A stretch of 38,970 nt of DNA from a virus (taxonomy: Duplodnaviria; Caudoviricetes): positions 1 through 38,970 of the IMG/VR virus record IMGVR_UViG_3300020045_020419. One strand, 5' to 3'. Shown piece by piece: positions 1 through 9,553 of this stretch (position 1 is its first letter; each line of letters starts with the position of its first letter). The notes under the pieces were generated by a model that saw only the letters and a list, made by a program, of their open reading frames with translations, had not been told where the DNA came from and did no database searches. Both the position numbers and the translations under genes were made by a program.

Positions 1-150
1 TAGAGTGCATGAAAAAGTTTTTCTTATCGTTTTCCTCCAGTTCTTTTTTAAATAATTATATGAAAGTCAGTTATATAAGTTTGTTTTTGTTGTCACTTGC
101 TTTTTAAATGGCTTTTGGAGTGCTGTAAAATTCATTTTCCACTGTCAAAA

Positions 151-186
151 TGTCCTTTAAAAACATTGAATTGATGATTTACTTTG
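151..186 (+). promoter_or_regulatory. Putative late promoter (TGTCCTTT-N20-TTACTTTG)
   Basis: Same motif and spacing as at 2878, 9497, 15603 and 36568. Confidence 0.65.
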
Positions 187-203
187 ATAAAAAATTACAA
201 ACT

Positions 204-509
204 ATGTATGATGCAAAATTTTTAGAGAAAATGAAGTTGTTCGGATTGCTGAAATACGAACTAAAACGGATACTTCTTTTGCTTGATGCCGGAATTGATG
301 AGCAACAATTTATTGCTGATTTTGAAAATGAAAGTAGTATTGTCAAAACTGAATACAATAAAGGACGTGCAACGGCTGATTTTGCTATTGATAGTAAATT
401 ATTTTCAGCAGCATCGGGCGATGCGAATATTGATGCCATTGAGGAGATAGAGAAATTGCGCACCGACGAAATGTATAACCGAAAACTTAAAGAAATATTC
501 GATGTATAG
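204..509 (+). CDS. Hypothetical protein of the packaging module (possible small-terminase-like)
   Basis: Start moved from 150 to ATG 204 because ATG 150 lies inside the promoter motif. Overlaps the next gene and precedes terL. Confidence 0.55.
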   Translation: MYDAKFLEKMKLFGLLKYELKRILLLLDAGIDEQQFIADFENESSIVKTEYNKGRATADFAIDSKLFSAASGDANIDAIEEIEKLRTDEMYNRKLKEIFDV

Positions 510-1110
510 TAAATTTGAAGACTTAACGCCCGAAACGATTGATCGTGTTCTGAAAAAACGCGATACGTTGAATGTTTCTCCGGATGTAGTGATGTACATT
601 TTGCAACTAGATGATGCATCGAAATTATTTAAGGGAAATGTGACTCAAGCTGCAAAAAAGCTTCAGGAAAAATACGGATCGCTGACAGTTCGAACGGCAA
701 AGGAGCGGGTTTACGATGCCATTAAATATTTGCATGCCGGTGAAAATGCATTGCCATCGAAATATTGGTACAGTTACTATGCTGATAAATATGAAAGTAT
801 AGCAGCTTTATTCGCCATCAAGCCGGCACTTGCAAAACATTCACTTTCGGCACTAAAAGAGGCTGAGCGATGCCGTATAAAAGCATCTGAAAATGAAGTT
901 CCATATGAACTTTTGAAAACAAAGGTACAGCTTGTTTCGCCTGATGTTGATATTGAAAGGTTAGCAATTAACGGACAAAATATTAGTCAATCATGGAAAC
1001 AAGGTTTGCAGTTGATTAATGATTTGGATATTTCGGAAACGGATAAAGCGAGATTGATTCAGGAATTTGAAAACGAATTAGGCATTCAAGATGGCGAATT
1101 ACAAGATTGA
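502..1110 (+). CDS. Putative terminase small subunit
   Basis: 202 aa helical protein overlapping the terL start; positional call. Confidence 0.5.
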   Translation: MYSKFEDLTPETIDRVLKKRDTLNVSPDVVMYILQLDDASKLFKGNVTQAAKKLQEKYGSLTVRTAKERVYDAIKYLHAGENALPSKYWYSYYADKYESIAALFAIKPALAKHSLSALKEAERCRIKASENEVPYELLKTKVQLVSPDVDIERLAINGQNISQSWKQGLQLINDLDISETDKARLIQEFENELGIQDGELQD

Positions 1111-2842
1111 TGAAGGTGTATTTGATAAAAACTACATGACAGTTGTGCAATCGCAAGCCAAACTTGCAGACACAACTAACATGTGGATAGAAGCCGGACG
1201 CGGTACCGGCAAAACTACACACATACTTGCATCTCGCATTGACCGTGTGCAGTCAGATCTTCCGGGAGCTATGTTGGTTTTAGTGGCAGCCACATACAAA
1301 TCAATTTTCGAGAATATTCTTCCGGCTTTGATGGAGCATTACCGGGAGAACTATGTGGAAGATATGTATTATTGCATTGGTAAAAAACCACCAAAGCACT
1401 TCAAACAATGCGATACATACATAAAGAACTGGTTGCATACCATAAGCTTCTCGAATGGTTGTGTAATTGTATTTGCCAGCGTTGACCGTCCGGAAAGTAT
1501 GTTGGGAAAAAATACCCCTCATATTTTTGTGGACGAAATGCTGCGAATTCCAGAGGATAAATTCACGGAGCGTATTCTTCCTGCTTTGCGTGCCAATCGT
1601 TCGCTGTATGGGCACAGTGTTTATTTTGGAGGTATTACCGGCACGAGTTCAACGCCAAATTTTGAAACGGATTACGATTGGTTTATACACAATCAGAAAT
1701 TAATGAATCCGGTACTGATCAACTGTATTCAAAATATGGCTTATGAAATTGATAAACGACTGTATTACAAGGAGCGTTTTAAGAAAGAACTTCAGCAAGC
1801 AATTGATCCTGATTTGATAAAGAAACTATCGGATAAATGTCAGCAAATTGAAGCATACATTGACAGGTGGACACCTCGTTTGCAAATGCTTAGGCGTAAC
1901 CAGACGTTTTATTTGCGGGTTTCAAGTTTCTCGAATATCAAAATATTGGGACTTGACTACATAAGAACTCAGCTAAAATCAACAAAAGATCCGGCAAAGT
2001 TCAACGCTTCCATTCTTTCGATCAGATCCAGAAAGCCGAAAGAACTTTTTGCCGGGAAATTTGGGAAACAACATTTGTATCAGGATTCGTATAAGTACGA
2101 TCACATAGATAAGCTTTCGGCAGGCAGTTACAATGATGCTGAGATAAACAAAGCAAAACACCTTAAGCATTACAGTCCGAATTTGCCACTGTACGCGGGG
2201 TTTGATCCTGGTCCGTTTATGAGCATTGTTTTTGCTCAACGGTTTGACAGGACCACAAGTTCAAAAACCCGAAAATTCAGGGTGCTAAAAGATATGCATG
2301 TAATTCACCCTGATCAGCAGGAAGAGCTGGCATTTATGATCAACGATTACTTTAAAGATCACCGACGTAAAGAAATATTTCTGCATTACGACCGTGCAGC
2401 CAATCAGCAGGATCCGCATTACCGAAAGTTTTATCCCAATGCTGGTATAACAGATTTGAATGATACCGATGCCATATTGCTAAAAAAAGGATTGGAGAAA
2501 TATGGTTGGACAGTGCGACTTATGAGTTTGAACCAGGGAATCATTTATTACGGCCAGCACTACGCTTTATTGAATATACTGTTTGGTAAAACGGATGGAC
2601 GAAGAGACGAAGTACTGATTGACGAAAACGAAGCACCTTGTTTGGTTAGCTCTATTCAATCATCTCCACTCAAGCGACACGAAGGTAGGATAATGCTTGA
2701 TAAAAGCTCTGAACGCGAATTAAACTACGAAGATCAGGCTATGTGGAGCACACAGATATTTACGGCATTGCTTTATTTGCTTTGGGGAGAATATAAACAG
2801 CTATTGCCACAATCAGGCAAAGGAGAAATTCCGATTATATAA
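1091..2842 (+). CDS. terL: Terminase large subunit
   Basis: Walker A AGRGTGKT, Walker B IFVDE, nuclease-domain motif AGFDPG; 583 aa. Confidence 0.9.
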   Translation: MANYKIDEGVFDKNYMTVVQSQAKLADTTNMWIEAGRGTGKTTHILASRIDRVQSDLPGAMLVLVAATYKSIFENILPALMEHYRENYVEDMYYCIGKKPPKHFKQCDTYIKNWLHTISFSNGCVIVFASVDRPESMLGKNTPHIFVDEMLRIPEDKFTERILPALRANRSLYGHSVYFGGITGTSSTPNFETDYDWFIHNQKLMNPVLINCIQNMAYEIDKRLYYKERFKKELQQAIDPDLIKKLSDKCQQIEAYIDRWTPRLQMLRRNQTFYLRVSSFSNIKILGLDYIRTQLKSTKDPAKFNASILSIRSRKPKELFAGKFGKQHLYQDSYKYDHIDKLSAGSYNDAEINKAKHLKHYSPNLPLYAGFDPGPFMSIVFAQRFDRTTSSKTRKFRVLKDMHVIHPDQQEELAFMINDYFKDHRRKEIFLHYDRAANQQDPHYRKFYPNAGITDLNDTDAILLKKGLEKYGWTVRLMSLNQGIIYYGQHYALLNILFGKTDGRRDEVLIDENEAPCLVSSIQSSPLKRHEGRIMLDKSSERELNYEDQAMWSTQIFTALLYLLWGEYKQLLPQSGKGEIPII

Positions 2843-2878
2843 AAAAGAACCATTACAATAATTTGTAATGGTTTTTTT
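2841..2878 (+). terminator. Intrinsic terminator
   Basis: AACCATTACAA-TAAT-TTGTAATGGTT followed by a T run. Confidence 0.8.
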
Positions 2879-2913
2879 GTCCTTTCCCTACCTATTGATT
2901 TGAAATAAATTTG
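2878..2913 (+). promoter_or_regulatory. Putative late promoter (TGTCCTTT-N20-TAAATTTG)
   Basis: Fixed-spacing motif with a perfect TAnnTTTG. Confidence 0.75.
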
Positions 2914-2917
2914 CTTC

Positions 2918-3238
2918 ATGGAAACACCCGGAGAAATATCAGGAACGGAAGCTATCAGGCGTATGCGAATGCTAAAGAATGTGCCCGGTGCAAGTTTCGG
3001 AATGATGTTTATTCCGTGTCAGTATAAAAAACGGATTTGTACAGGCGAAATAAGGAAAGTAGAACATGCCAGGTTGCGCGCTTCGTTGCCAAAAGAAGCA
3101 TTTGAAATTGACAGTGATTTGTACTTACCTTATATGGATTTGGATGCCGACGATGCGCGTATGTGCTTTAAAAAACTGATTCGTTGGGTGTGTTTCCCGC
3201 CAACAAACGAATGGCTTCAGGTAAAATGGTTCGAATAA
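2918..3238 (+). CDS. Hypothetical protein
   Basis: 106 aa ORF between terL and portal; ATG only 4 nt after the -7 box, so possibly leaderless. Confidence 0.75.
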   Translation: METPGEISGTEAIRRMRMLKNVPGASFGMMFIPCQYKKRICTGEIRKVEHARLRASLPKEAFEIDSDLYLPYMDLDADDARMCFKKLIRWVCFPPTNEWLQVKWFE

Positions 3239-3251
3239 AATTTAATCAATA

Positions 3252-4796
3252 ATGGAAAAAACAAGTATTTCAGAAAAGGATGTAAAAGTTGAAATAAACG
3301 GTAATCGTGGTTTTGCAGCTTCAAAAGCAAATGTTGTTACATTTGAAATTCAGGGAATAGCTGAACGGGAAGATATCACCCGCAGTGAATATCGTTCGTT
3401 ATACTCTCGCTATACTACCGAACGCATGACAGTAAGGCTCGATGATCTTGAAGTTCCATATTGGGGCGAAGGTCATAACCTTTACCCACAAGAAGTTTAT
3501 TCGATTACTTCTGATAATAAGTTGCTTCCTGAATTGATTGAAAAACAAGTGGATTTTTTGTTCGGGAAAGGTCCGCGATTTTATCAGGAACAGGTAGTGG
3601 GCGAAGGTGACAAAAAACGCAGAGTGCGCATTCCGTGGGTTGATGGTAAAGCGCAAAACTGGTTGGACAGCTGGGAGGAAAAAGGATATCCACATTATTG
3701 GGAATACCTGAAAAACATTATCACTGATTATTATCTTGTGAAAACTTGTGTATCGAAATACAACTTCAACAAAGGGCGAAGAATTGATATGCCTGTAGCA
3801 ATTGATGCATTGACCTATGTTGGTGCTGATGAGGCGCGTTTGGCAGCTCGTGGTAATTTTATCAATCGCAGAATAAAAAACGAAGATTGTAAATTCGTTG
3901 TTGTTGGCGACTGGTTGAATATCTCAAGTCACCAATACGATGTTTATCCGCGCTTTGATGCTGCAGCTCCAACAAAATATCCGGTGTCAGTTGCTTTTGT
4001 AAGCGATAAAACTTTTTCGAAATGGGTGTATGCTTACAACGAATGGTTCAAAGGATTGTATGAATGGATAAAAGCTTCGAACCTTTCTCCACGTTATTTA
4101 AATTCATACCTTAAAAATGCACTCAATTCACATGTGCATGTTGTGATTCCTGCACTTTGGTACCAGGCGCAAAAAAGTATTTTGGAAAATATATGTATGA
4201 ACAATTTGGCTGGAGATACTGATATTCCTGTTCAAACAGAATACCGTGGAGTGAAGTTGATTGATGATTCAGGAAAGCCTTTCCGCTTCTTTGATACAAT
4301 GATGGAGGACTTAGTAGCCAACGAATTGCGCAGGATTACAAGTATGATGAGCGGTGAGGGAAAAAATCAGGGCAAAGCCTATGCTACTATCAAATACGGC
4401 GAAGAAGGCTGGGAATTTAAAGATATGCCCGGTAAATTCAAAGAATACATGGAGGCTGTAATCACTTTTGACAAACGTGCTGATCAGGTAATATTGGCCG
4501 GAAAAGGAATTTCGAGTTCAATCACCAATGTTGAGAACGATGGAGTTATAAGCAAATCGGGTTCGGATGTGTATTACAACTATTTGCTCTATGTGATGAG
4601 CCTCACGCTCGACGAATATTTCATTATGAAAGAAATCAACCGGGCGTTGTGGATTAATTTTCCATACCTCAAAACTCAGGGTGTGAAGCTCGGACTTTGG
4701 ATTGAGATTCCAGAAAAGCTTCAGGAAACAACTCCGGCAGATCGTCCCGGAAATACTGCCACATCAGATCCGGTTAAACCACAAACTCAAAATTAA
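3252..4796 (+). CDS. Putative portal protein
   Basis: 514 aa, downstream of terL; N-terminal WGEGHNLYP segment resembles Bacteroidota phage portals. Confidence 0.75.
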   Translation: MEKTSISEKDVKVEINGNRGFAASKANVVTFEIQGIAEREDITRSEYRSLYSRYTTERMTVRLDDLEVPYWGEGHNLYPQEVYSITSDNKLLPELIEKQVDFLFGKGPRFYQEQVVGEGDKKRRVRIPWVDGKAQNWLDSWEEKGYPHYWEYLKNIITDYYLVKTCVSKYNFNKGRRIDMPVAIDALTYVGADEARLAARGNFINRRIKNEDCKFVVVGDWLNISSHQYDVYPRFDAAAPTKYPVSVAFVSDKTFSKWVYAYNEWFKGLYEWIKASNLSPRYLNSYLKNALNSHVHVVIPALWYQAQKSILENICMNNLAGDTDIPVQTEYRGVKLIDDSGKPFRFFDTMMEDLVANELRRITSMMSGEGKNQGKAYATIKYGEEGWEFKDMPGKFKEYMEAVITFDKRADQVILAGKGISSSITNVENDGVISKSGSDVYYNYLLYVMSLTLDEYFIMKEINRALWINFPYLKTQGVKLGLWIEIPEKLQETTPADRPGNTATSDPVKPQTQN

Positions 4797-4800
4797 AATT

Positions 4801-5766
4801 ATGGCACTCAAAATTCCATTTACCCGGGCTGCATTTGCTACTGATATGAAATCGAAGATATCAGGTACCAATGTCACACTTGCATTTGACAATATCGAAA
4901 GTACGCTTATTAAAGTGGGTGTTGAAGCTGCTGAGTTAATTGGTCAAACGCTTTACGATAAAGTGTGTGATGGTACAGCAGCCAATACTCCGGCAATTCC
5001 TGCTGAAGGTGAAACTCCGGAAGTTCCTGCCAATGCTGAAACAGCTCTTAATGCTCAGGCAAAAGACTATTTGCAACGTGCAATCCTGCATTTTGCCATG
5101 TATCATCACACCATTTTTTTTGTAGCCAATATCGGCAACGATGGAATTACTCAGAAAAAGAGTGAAAACGAAGCACCGCTATATAAATATCAGCAGGAAA
5201 AGCTGGAGAATAAACTGATAACTGATGCATGGTTTTGGATGAATCAACTTATAGGTTTATTTAATGCCAATACCAATAAGTTTGCCGATTGGAAAGATTC
5301 ACCTGCACAAAAAGAACTTTCTGAAATTCCGCTTACAGCAAAGGATTTCAAAAAATGGATTGGCACAGGCGACGAATACTTTATGCTGAATGCTGCCGGT
5401 ATTGTTCGCGAAGTGTGGAACGACTGTATACTTTCGCGCTATAAAACACCTGAAAAAACGGATGATATTGCCCGGGCGGTATGTTATGAGGTAATTGCAA
5501 GATCGTGCGTGAGGCTGGCTTATTATTGCCTTCCTGAACCGATACGAATGGACATAAACAACGAGTTGGGAAAAGATCATGCCAGCCAAAGCGATACATA
5601 CATTCGTGAAAAAGTATCTGAGCAATACCGAACCAAAGCAACGGCTTACTTTAGTGCATTGGATATTCAGATCCAGCGAAAAGCACAAACAGAAGTACAG
5701 GAGTTTGCATCTAAACAAATTTATGTACCTCGTGGAGTGAGTGAATCAGATTCTTTCGGATTTTAA
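4801..5766 (+). CDS. Virion protein, possible head-tail adaptor
   Basis: ATG 4801 directly after the portal stop; positional call. Confidence 0.55.
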   Translation: MALKIPFTRAAFATDMKSKISGTNVTLAFDNIESTLIKVGVEAAELIGQTLYDKVCDGTAANTPAIPAEGETPEVPANAETALNAQAKDYLQRAILHFAMYHHTIFFVANIGNDGITQKKSENEAPLYKYQQEKLENKLITDAWFWMNQLIGLFNANTNKFADWKDSPAQKELSEIPLTAKDFKKWIGTGDEYFMLNAAGIVREVWNDCILSRYKTPEKTDDIARAVCYEVIARSCVRLAYYCLPEPIRMDINNELGKDHASQSDTYIREKVSEQYRTKATAYFSALDIQIQRKAQTEVQEFASKQIYVPRGVSESDSFGF

Positions 5767-5776
5767 AACAAACCAT

Positions 5777-6679
5777 ATGTTAACCATACAATTACCAAAA
5801 CGAAAATTAGAACTCCCGGAGAGCTGGGAAGAATTACGTCCAGATCATGTACCTGTTGTTTTTCGATATCTGATGCAACTGTTTTCAAATGAAATTACTC
5901 CTTTAGAATGTCAGTTCAAATTGATGGTTTTGTTTACAGGTTACAGGCCAACCAGGAGATTAAGTTTATTGAGTTTGATTCGCAAAATTATTTCAAAGAA
6001 TGAGAAATATATTGATTTTGTGAATGATGAAAATGAAACAATTGAAATTATTGAGTTCAATTTGATTCAGTTATCCGAAAAAATAAACTTTGCATTCACT
6101 GTTGAAGCCAATAAAATAGTACCCAATTACGAATTTAAACGTAATCCTTTCGGGGTGGATGCTCCGGTTTACTTCAATAGGGATGTTACTGTTGAAACCA
6201 ATATAACTGCAAAACAGTACACCGATTGTCTGGATCTTCTTTCAGCATTTCACGCATCAACCGATGCACACGTGCATGAGGTTTGTTTGTTGAAAATTAT
6301 GTCAACACTATATCAGATTGAAGACAGCGAAGCCCGAAAATATCCGATAGAAGTTTTGTTTGGCGTTATGTTTTGGTTCACTGGAATAGTGAAGTTTTTT
6401 AGAGAGCATTCGGTATATGGCATTTTGTACGACCGAAAATCAAATGCGGATGAAGATATTACAAAGATCAACCTGGGCATGGGTGAAGTACTTCTTTATC
6501 TGGAGAAAGAAGGATATTCGTTTATGGATCAGAAAAACATCATTGATTTTTATAATGCACAAATCAAAGCATTGAAAGACTCTGTAAATTCGGCTTTATC
6601 CATGGAAGTAAAAATTGAAGATATAGCCAAACGCACCGGATTAAGTATTAACACCATAAATCGTTTATCCAATGAATAA
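5777..6679 (+). CDS. Hypothetical morphogenesis-operon protein
   Basis: ATG 5777 (MLTIQLP...); overlaps the next gene. Confidence 0.65.
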   Translation: MLTIQLPKRKLELPESWEELRPDHVPVVFRYLMQLFSNEITPLECQFKLMVLFTGYRPTRRLSLLSLIRKIISKNEKYIDFVNDENETIEIIEFNLIQLSEKINFAFTVEANKIVPNYEFKRNPFGVDAPVYFNRDVTVETNITAKQYTDCLDLLSAFHASTDAHVHEVCLLKIMSTLYQIEDSEARKYPIEVLFGVMFWFTGIVKFFREHSVYGILYDRKSNADEDITKINLGMGEVLLYLEKEGYSFMDQKNIIDFYNAQIKALKDSVNSALSMEVKIEDIAKRTGLSINTINRLSNE

Positions 6680-7229
6680 TCAGGATTATATTATCAATCT
6701 GCTTAAATACTTTTCGAAGTTTGTTCCAAAAACAGTTTTGCAGGATATTTTTCAGCAGCCGGAACAAAGCCGGAATGCCGGATATAATGAACTTGTAGCT
6801 GAAATAATGTCACATGATGACTTGTCAGTATTCGACAATGTAGGTACATTTATCGTTTCTGCCAATCGTAAATTTGTGATTGATAGCGTAAAAAATTCAA
6901 CAGGGATTGTGCTGTTTGTCGAGTATGGCGAATTTTCATTTAATCCTTCTTCAGAGTTAGGAGTGACTGAGAAAATAGGTATAACAGTAGCTCATGAGTA
7001 CACCATGACCAACAACGACAATCTCAACGAAGCGCTGTTGATGAACGAATGTAACAATATTCTCAACCACATATTGCTAACCATGGAAGCGGACCAGGAG
7101 GAACTTGAAGCCTGTGGATTGAGTAGATTAATCCGTTTCCCGGCCAATATTTTTCCGGTAGATCCAGAAAGTTTTTCGGACAGAACCGGATGGACAGCAT
7201 TATTCAGTAACGAAAGCTCAGTATTATGA
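6672..7229 (+). CDS. Hypothetical virion protein (possible tail terminator/neck)
   Basis: 185 aa acidic protein, translationally coupled; positional call. Confidence 0.5.
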   Translation: MNNQDYIINLLKYFSKFVPKTVLQDIFQQPEQSRNAGYNELVAEIMSHDDLSVFDNVGTFIVSANRKFVIDSVKNSTGIVLFVEYGEFSFNPSSELGVTEKIGITVAHEYTMTNNDNLNEALLMNECNNILNHILLTMEADQEELEACGLSRLIRFPANIFPVDPESFSDRTGWTALFSNESSVL

Positions 7230-7618
7230 CATTAGCAGAAAAACAACAGGAGTTTATTGAATTATTCAATGAGCTGGGCGAATGGCCTAACCGCTTCACT
7301 TATCTGATTGCCATTGGTGACGAACTTCAACCTATGCCGGCACATTTGGTAATACCCGAAAACAAAATAGCAGGTTGCATGAGTAATACCTATTTTTGTT
7401 GCACTTACATTGATAATGTGGCTCACATTTACGGACAAAGCAATGCAACTATACCCAGCGGGATAATTGCAGTAATGCACGATATTTTCAACGGATGCAC
7501 GCGGGACGAAATAAGAGCTGAAATTATTAATTTCCATACCGAAACAAAACTGATTGAGAACCTTACACCGGCACGTGCCGGAGCTGTAGAACAAATGATA
7601 ACGAAATTACTTGCATGA
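7226..7618 (+). CDS. sufE: SufE-family sulfur-acceptor protein
   Basis: F..L..W..RF.YLI..G, ENKIAGC51MS (SufE GCQS), SNATIPSGII, LTPAR; 130 aa. Confidence 0.85.
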   Translation: MTLAEKQQEFIELFNELGEWPNRFTYLIAIGDELQPMPAHLVIPENKIAGCMSNTYFCCTYIDNVAHIYGQSNATIPSGIIAVMHDIFNGCTRDEIRAEIINFHTETKLIENLTPARAGAVEQMITKLLA

Positions 7619-7647
7619 CATAAGTATTTTATTGGTTAACAGAAGAG

Positions 7648-7685
7648 ATGCCCGGGCTGTGAAGTTCGGGTATTTCGTTTTTTTT
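7648..7685 (+). terminator. Intrinsic terminator
   Basis: GATGCCCGGGCT-GTGA-AGTTCGGGTATT followed by a T run. Confidence 0.7.
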
Positions 7686-7686
7686 A

Positions 7687-7694
7687 TATCTTTG
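7687..7694 (+). promoter_or_regulatory. Host-type -7 promoter box of the moron
   Basis: TATCTTTG ending 30 nt before ATG 7725; no TGTCCTTT box upstream. Confidence 0.5.
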
Positions 7695-7724
7695 TGAATT
7701 ATTAATCAATTAAAATTATACGTT

Positions 7725-8123
7725 ATGAAAAAAGTTCTTATTTTTATTGGCATTATTTTGTTTATAATTTTGGCAAACAATTTAATAAATTGGTATAATT
7801 CAAGTATAGATGCAGAATACGGTATCACTGAAAAACCAAAAAAAGAAGTCAAATTAAATTCAAAACTTAAATTTGATGGATTAGAATTTACAATTACGAA
7901 TCTTGATAATTTTGATTATGAGAATGTAGTATTAATTTTAAATGATGATTATGAATATAATGCTGATCTAATAGCATCTGGAAAAACATATAGCGTTGGA
8001 ATACTTCAATTTTCAAATGATGATGATGATCGATTTACGTTTAACAAAAAACCTAAAGAGTTAAAGATGACTTGTAAGGTATATGGAGAATTTGCTATTT
8101 CAGCTTGGAAATTAGAAAAATAA
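7725..8123 (+). CDS. Membrane-anchored/exported moron protein
   Basis: N-terminal MKK plus hydrophobic helix; very AT-rich; has its own promoter. Confidence 0.75.
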   Translation: MKKVLIFIGIILFIILANNLINWYNSSIDAEYGITEKPKKEVKLNSKLKFDGLEFTITNLDNFDYENVVLILNDDYEYNADLIASGKTYSVGILQFSNDDDDRFTFNKKPKELKMTCKVYGEFAISAWKLEK

Positions 8124-8125
8124 TT

Positions 8126-8266
8126 ATGCAAAGTATAAAAGATAGGATTAAAACTAATTTAGCAGTGGGAGCTATTATATTGGCTATATCTGCTATAGTT
8201 TATATTATAATGAATTTCAATGAAATTTTTTGTAAAATAAAGTTGTTTTTATTTGGTCAATTATAG
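8126..8266 (+). CDS. Small membrane protein, 46 aa (not in ORF track)
   Basis: MQSIKDRIKTNLAVGAIILAISAIVYIIMNFNEIFCKIKLFLFGQL, starting 2 nt after the previous stop. Confidence 0.55.
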   Translation: MQSIKDRIKTNLAVGAIILAISAIVYIIMNFNEIFCKIKLFLFGQL

Positions 8267-8283
8267 AAATATATCTATATTTG
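8252..8283 (+). promoter_or_regulatory. Bacteroidota primary-sigma promoter
   Basis: TTTG (8252) and TATATTTG (8276-8283). Confidence 0.65.
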
Positions 8284-8287
8284 TAAA

Positions 8288-8490
8288 GCGAAATCAAACA
8301 AAACCATAGCAGTTGAAAGGACTGCCCATTTTAAAGGGCTTTTTTTATGCCCAAACCGATCATATTGAAATGACGGCTGTATAATTTCCCATTACTTTTT
8401 TGAGCACTGCTCTGGATTGTTTGGTTTCGCGACCGGGAAATGTACAGCCGTTTTTCTGTACATATAATTAGCGAAATCAAACAATCCAAA
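8288..8490 (+). ncRNA. c4-like antisense RNA/attenuator leader
   Basis: Target copies at 8288-8313 and 8471-8488. The complementary segment 8406-8430 sits inside the stem 8373-8390/8435-8451. Terminator at 8324-8346. Confidence 0.7.
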
Positions 8491-8766
8491 ATGAAAAAAC
8501 CCATTCCAATCGGACAATCTCCGGTTATCAGCTTACCAGAAGTTGATTTACAACAGACTTACAACAATGTAACGCCTGTATCGCACATTCACGGAACGTT
8601 TATACGTTTAATCGAAGAAATGGCTGCCGGAAGCGAAACCATGCAGCTATCATGTCACCAAAGCAGCAATGAATTTATGTACACCATTTGTCACGAAAAT
8701 GTGATTGCTACTTTTCATGTTCAGGATTTAAACATGTCTATAACAAAGGAAGGAGGTCAGTCATGA
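8491..8766 (+). CDS. Hypothetical protein controlled by the c4-like leader
   Basis: ATG 8491 directly after the second target copy; ATGA overlap with the next gene. Confidence 0.65.
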   Translation: MKKPIPIGQSPVISLPEVDLQQTYNNVTPVSHIHGTFIRLIEEMAAGSETMQLSCHQSSNEFMYTICHENVIATFHVQDLNMSITKEGGQS

Positions 8767-9023
8767 ATAATATAACTGTAGAAGGCATTGAAATTACGCC
8801 AGTACTTATAAGTGTTTTAAAAGATATGGCACCTGCAGGAAAAACAGACATATCGAGACCTGCAATGCATGTTGAAATAATTAGTGAAATTCAGGATTTA
8901 ATTTGCAGGCATTTATCCGAGTTTCCTGAACACGAACAACAATCAATATTTAAATTGCTTGAATCAATAGTTTTAGCTAAAGATGATTTAAAGCAAATAT
9001 GCAAAATATGGGAGGGAAATTAA
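8763..9023 (+). CDS. Hypothetical protein
   Basis: ATG 8763 (MNNITVEG...) overlaps the previous stop. Confidence 0.65.
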   Translation: MNNITVEGIEITPVLISVLKDMAPAGKTDISRPAMHVEIISEIQDLICRHLSEFPEHEQQSIFKLLESIVLAKDDLKQICKIWEGN

Positions 9024-9024
9024 T

Positions 9025-9348
9025 ATGAAACAATTTGAAATAGAATCGTTTGCTAAAATAGTTCAGATAAAAAAAGAACTAAATTTGTTGAAAACCAAAT
9101 CGGTAAAATCAGGTGAAGATCTTGAACGTTACATTGAATTGAAAGAACTGTTATCAATGGAGCGATTAAAATTTCATGCAAGCAAAGAACTTATTGATAA
9201 AATTAGCCCTCTGATACTTGAGCAGTCAATTCTTGAAATTAAACACAATAAATCAGGCGAAGACTTTGAAAGATATATTGAATTGGAAAATGAAATATCA
9301 ACTCAAAAGAGTATTTTTGGTTTAATAAAATTAGATATAAATAATTAA
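9025..9348 (+). CDS. Hypothetical coiled-coil protein with an internal duplication
   Basis: KSGEDLERYIEL / KSGEDFERYIEL repeat. Confidence 0.65.
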   Translation: MKQFEIESFAKIVQIKKELNLLKTKSVKSGEDLERYIELKELLSMERLKFHASKELIDKISPLILEQSILEIKHNKSGEDFERYIELENEISTQKSIFGLIKLDINN

Positions 9349-9461
9349 TATAATAGACTTATTGAAGCATGTTTAAAAAACGCTAAAAAGCGTTTTTTCT
9401 GACATCAAATCAGAAGATGAAGATTAATTTTTATTTTAAAAAGTGATAATTCTCACTTTTT

Positions 9462-9497
9462 AAAAAGCCCGGACATTAATTTGTTCGGGCTTTTTTT
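9462..9497 (+). terminator. Intrinsic (bidirectional-type) terminator
   Basis: AAAAAGCCCGGACA-TTAATT-TGTTCGGGCTTTTTTT. Confidence 0.8.
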
Positions 9498-9532
9498 GTC
9501 CTTTTTGAGGGTATATGTAAAATATATCTTTG
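9497..9532 (+). promoter_or_regulatory. Putative late promoter (TGTCCTTT-N20-TATCTTTG)
   Basis: Fixed-spacing motif upstream of the tail operon. Confidence 0.75.
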
Positions 9533-9553
9533 AACTTGAAATAGTATAAAATT

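Noticed and set aside
1-150. cos/pac packaging site upstream of the terminase genes
   Set aside because: Plausible by position, but no diagnostic sequence feature is visible.
150-203. Upstream starts given in the ORF track (150, and likewise 4702, 5741, 8440, 8688, 20994, 24319, 26286, 36601)
   Set aside because: They fall inside promoters, RNA leaders or preceding genes; downstream ATGs with A-rich leaders fit better.
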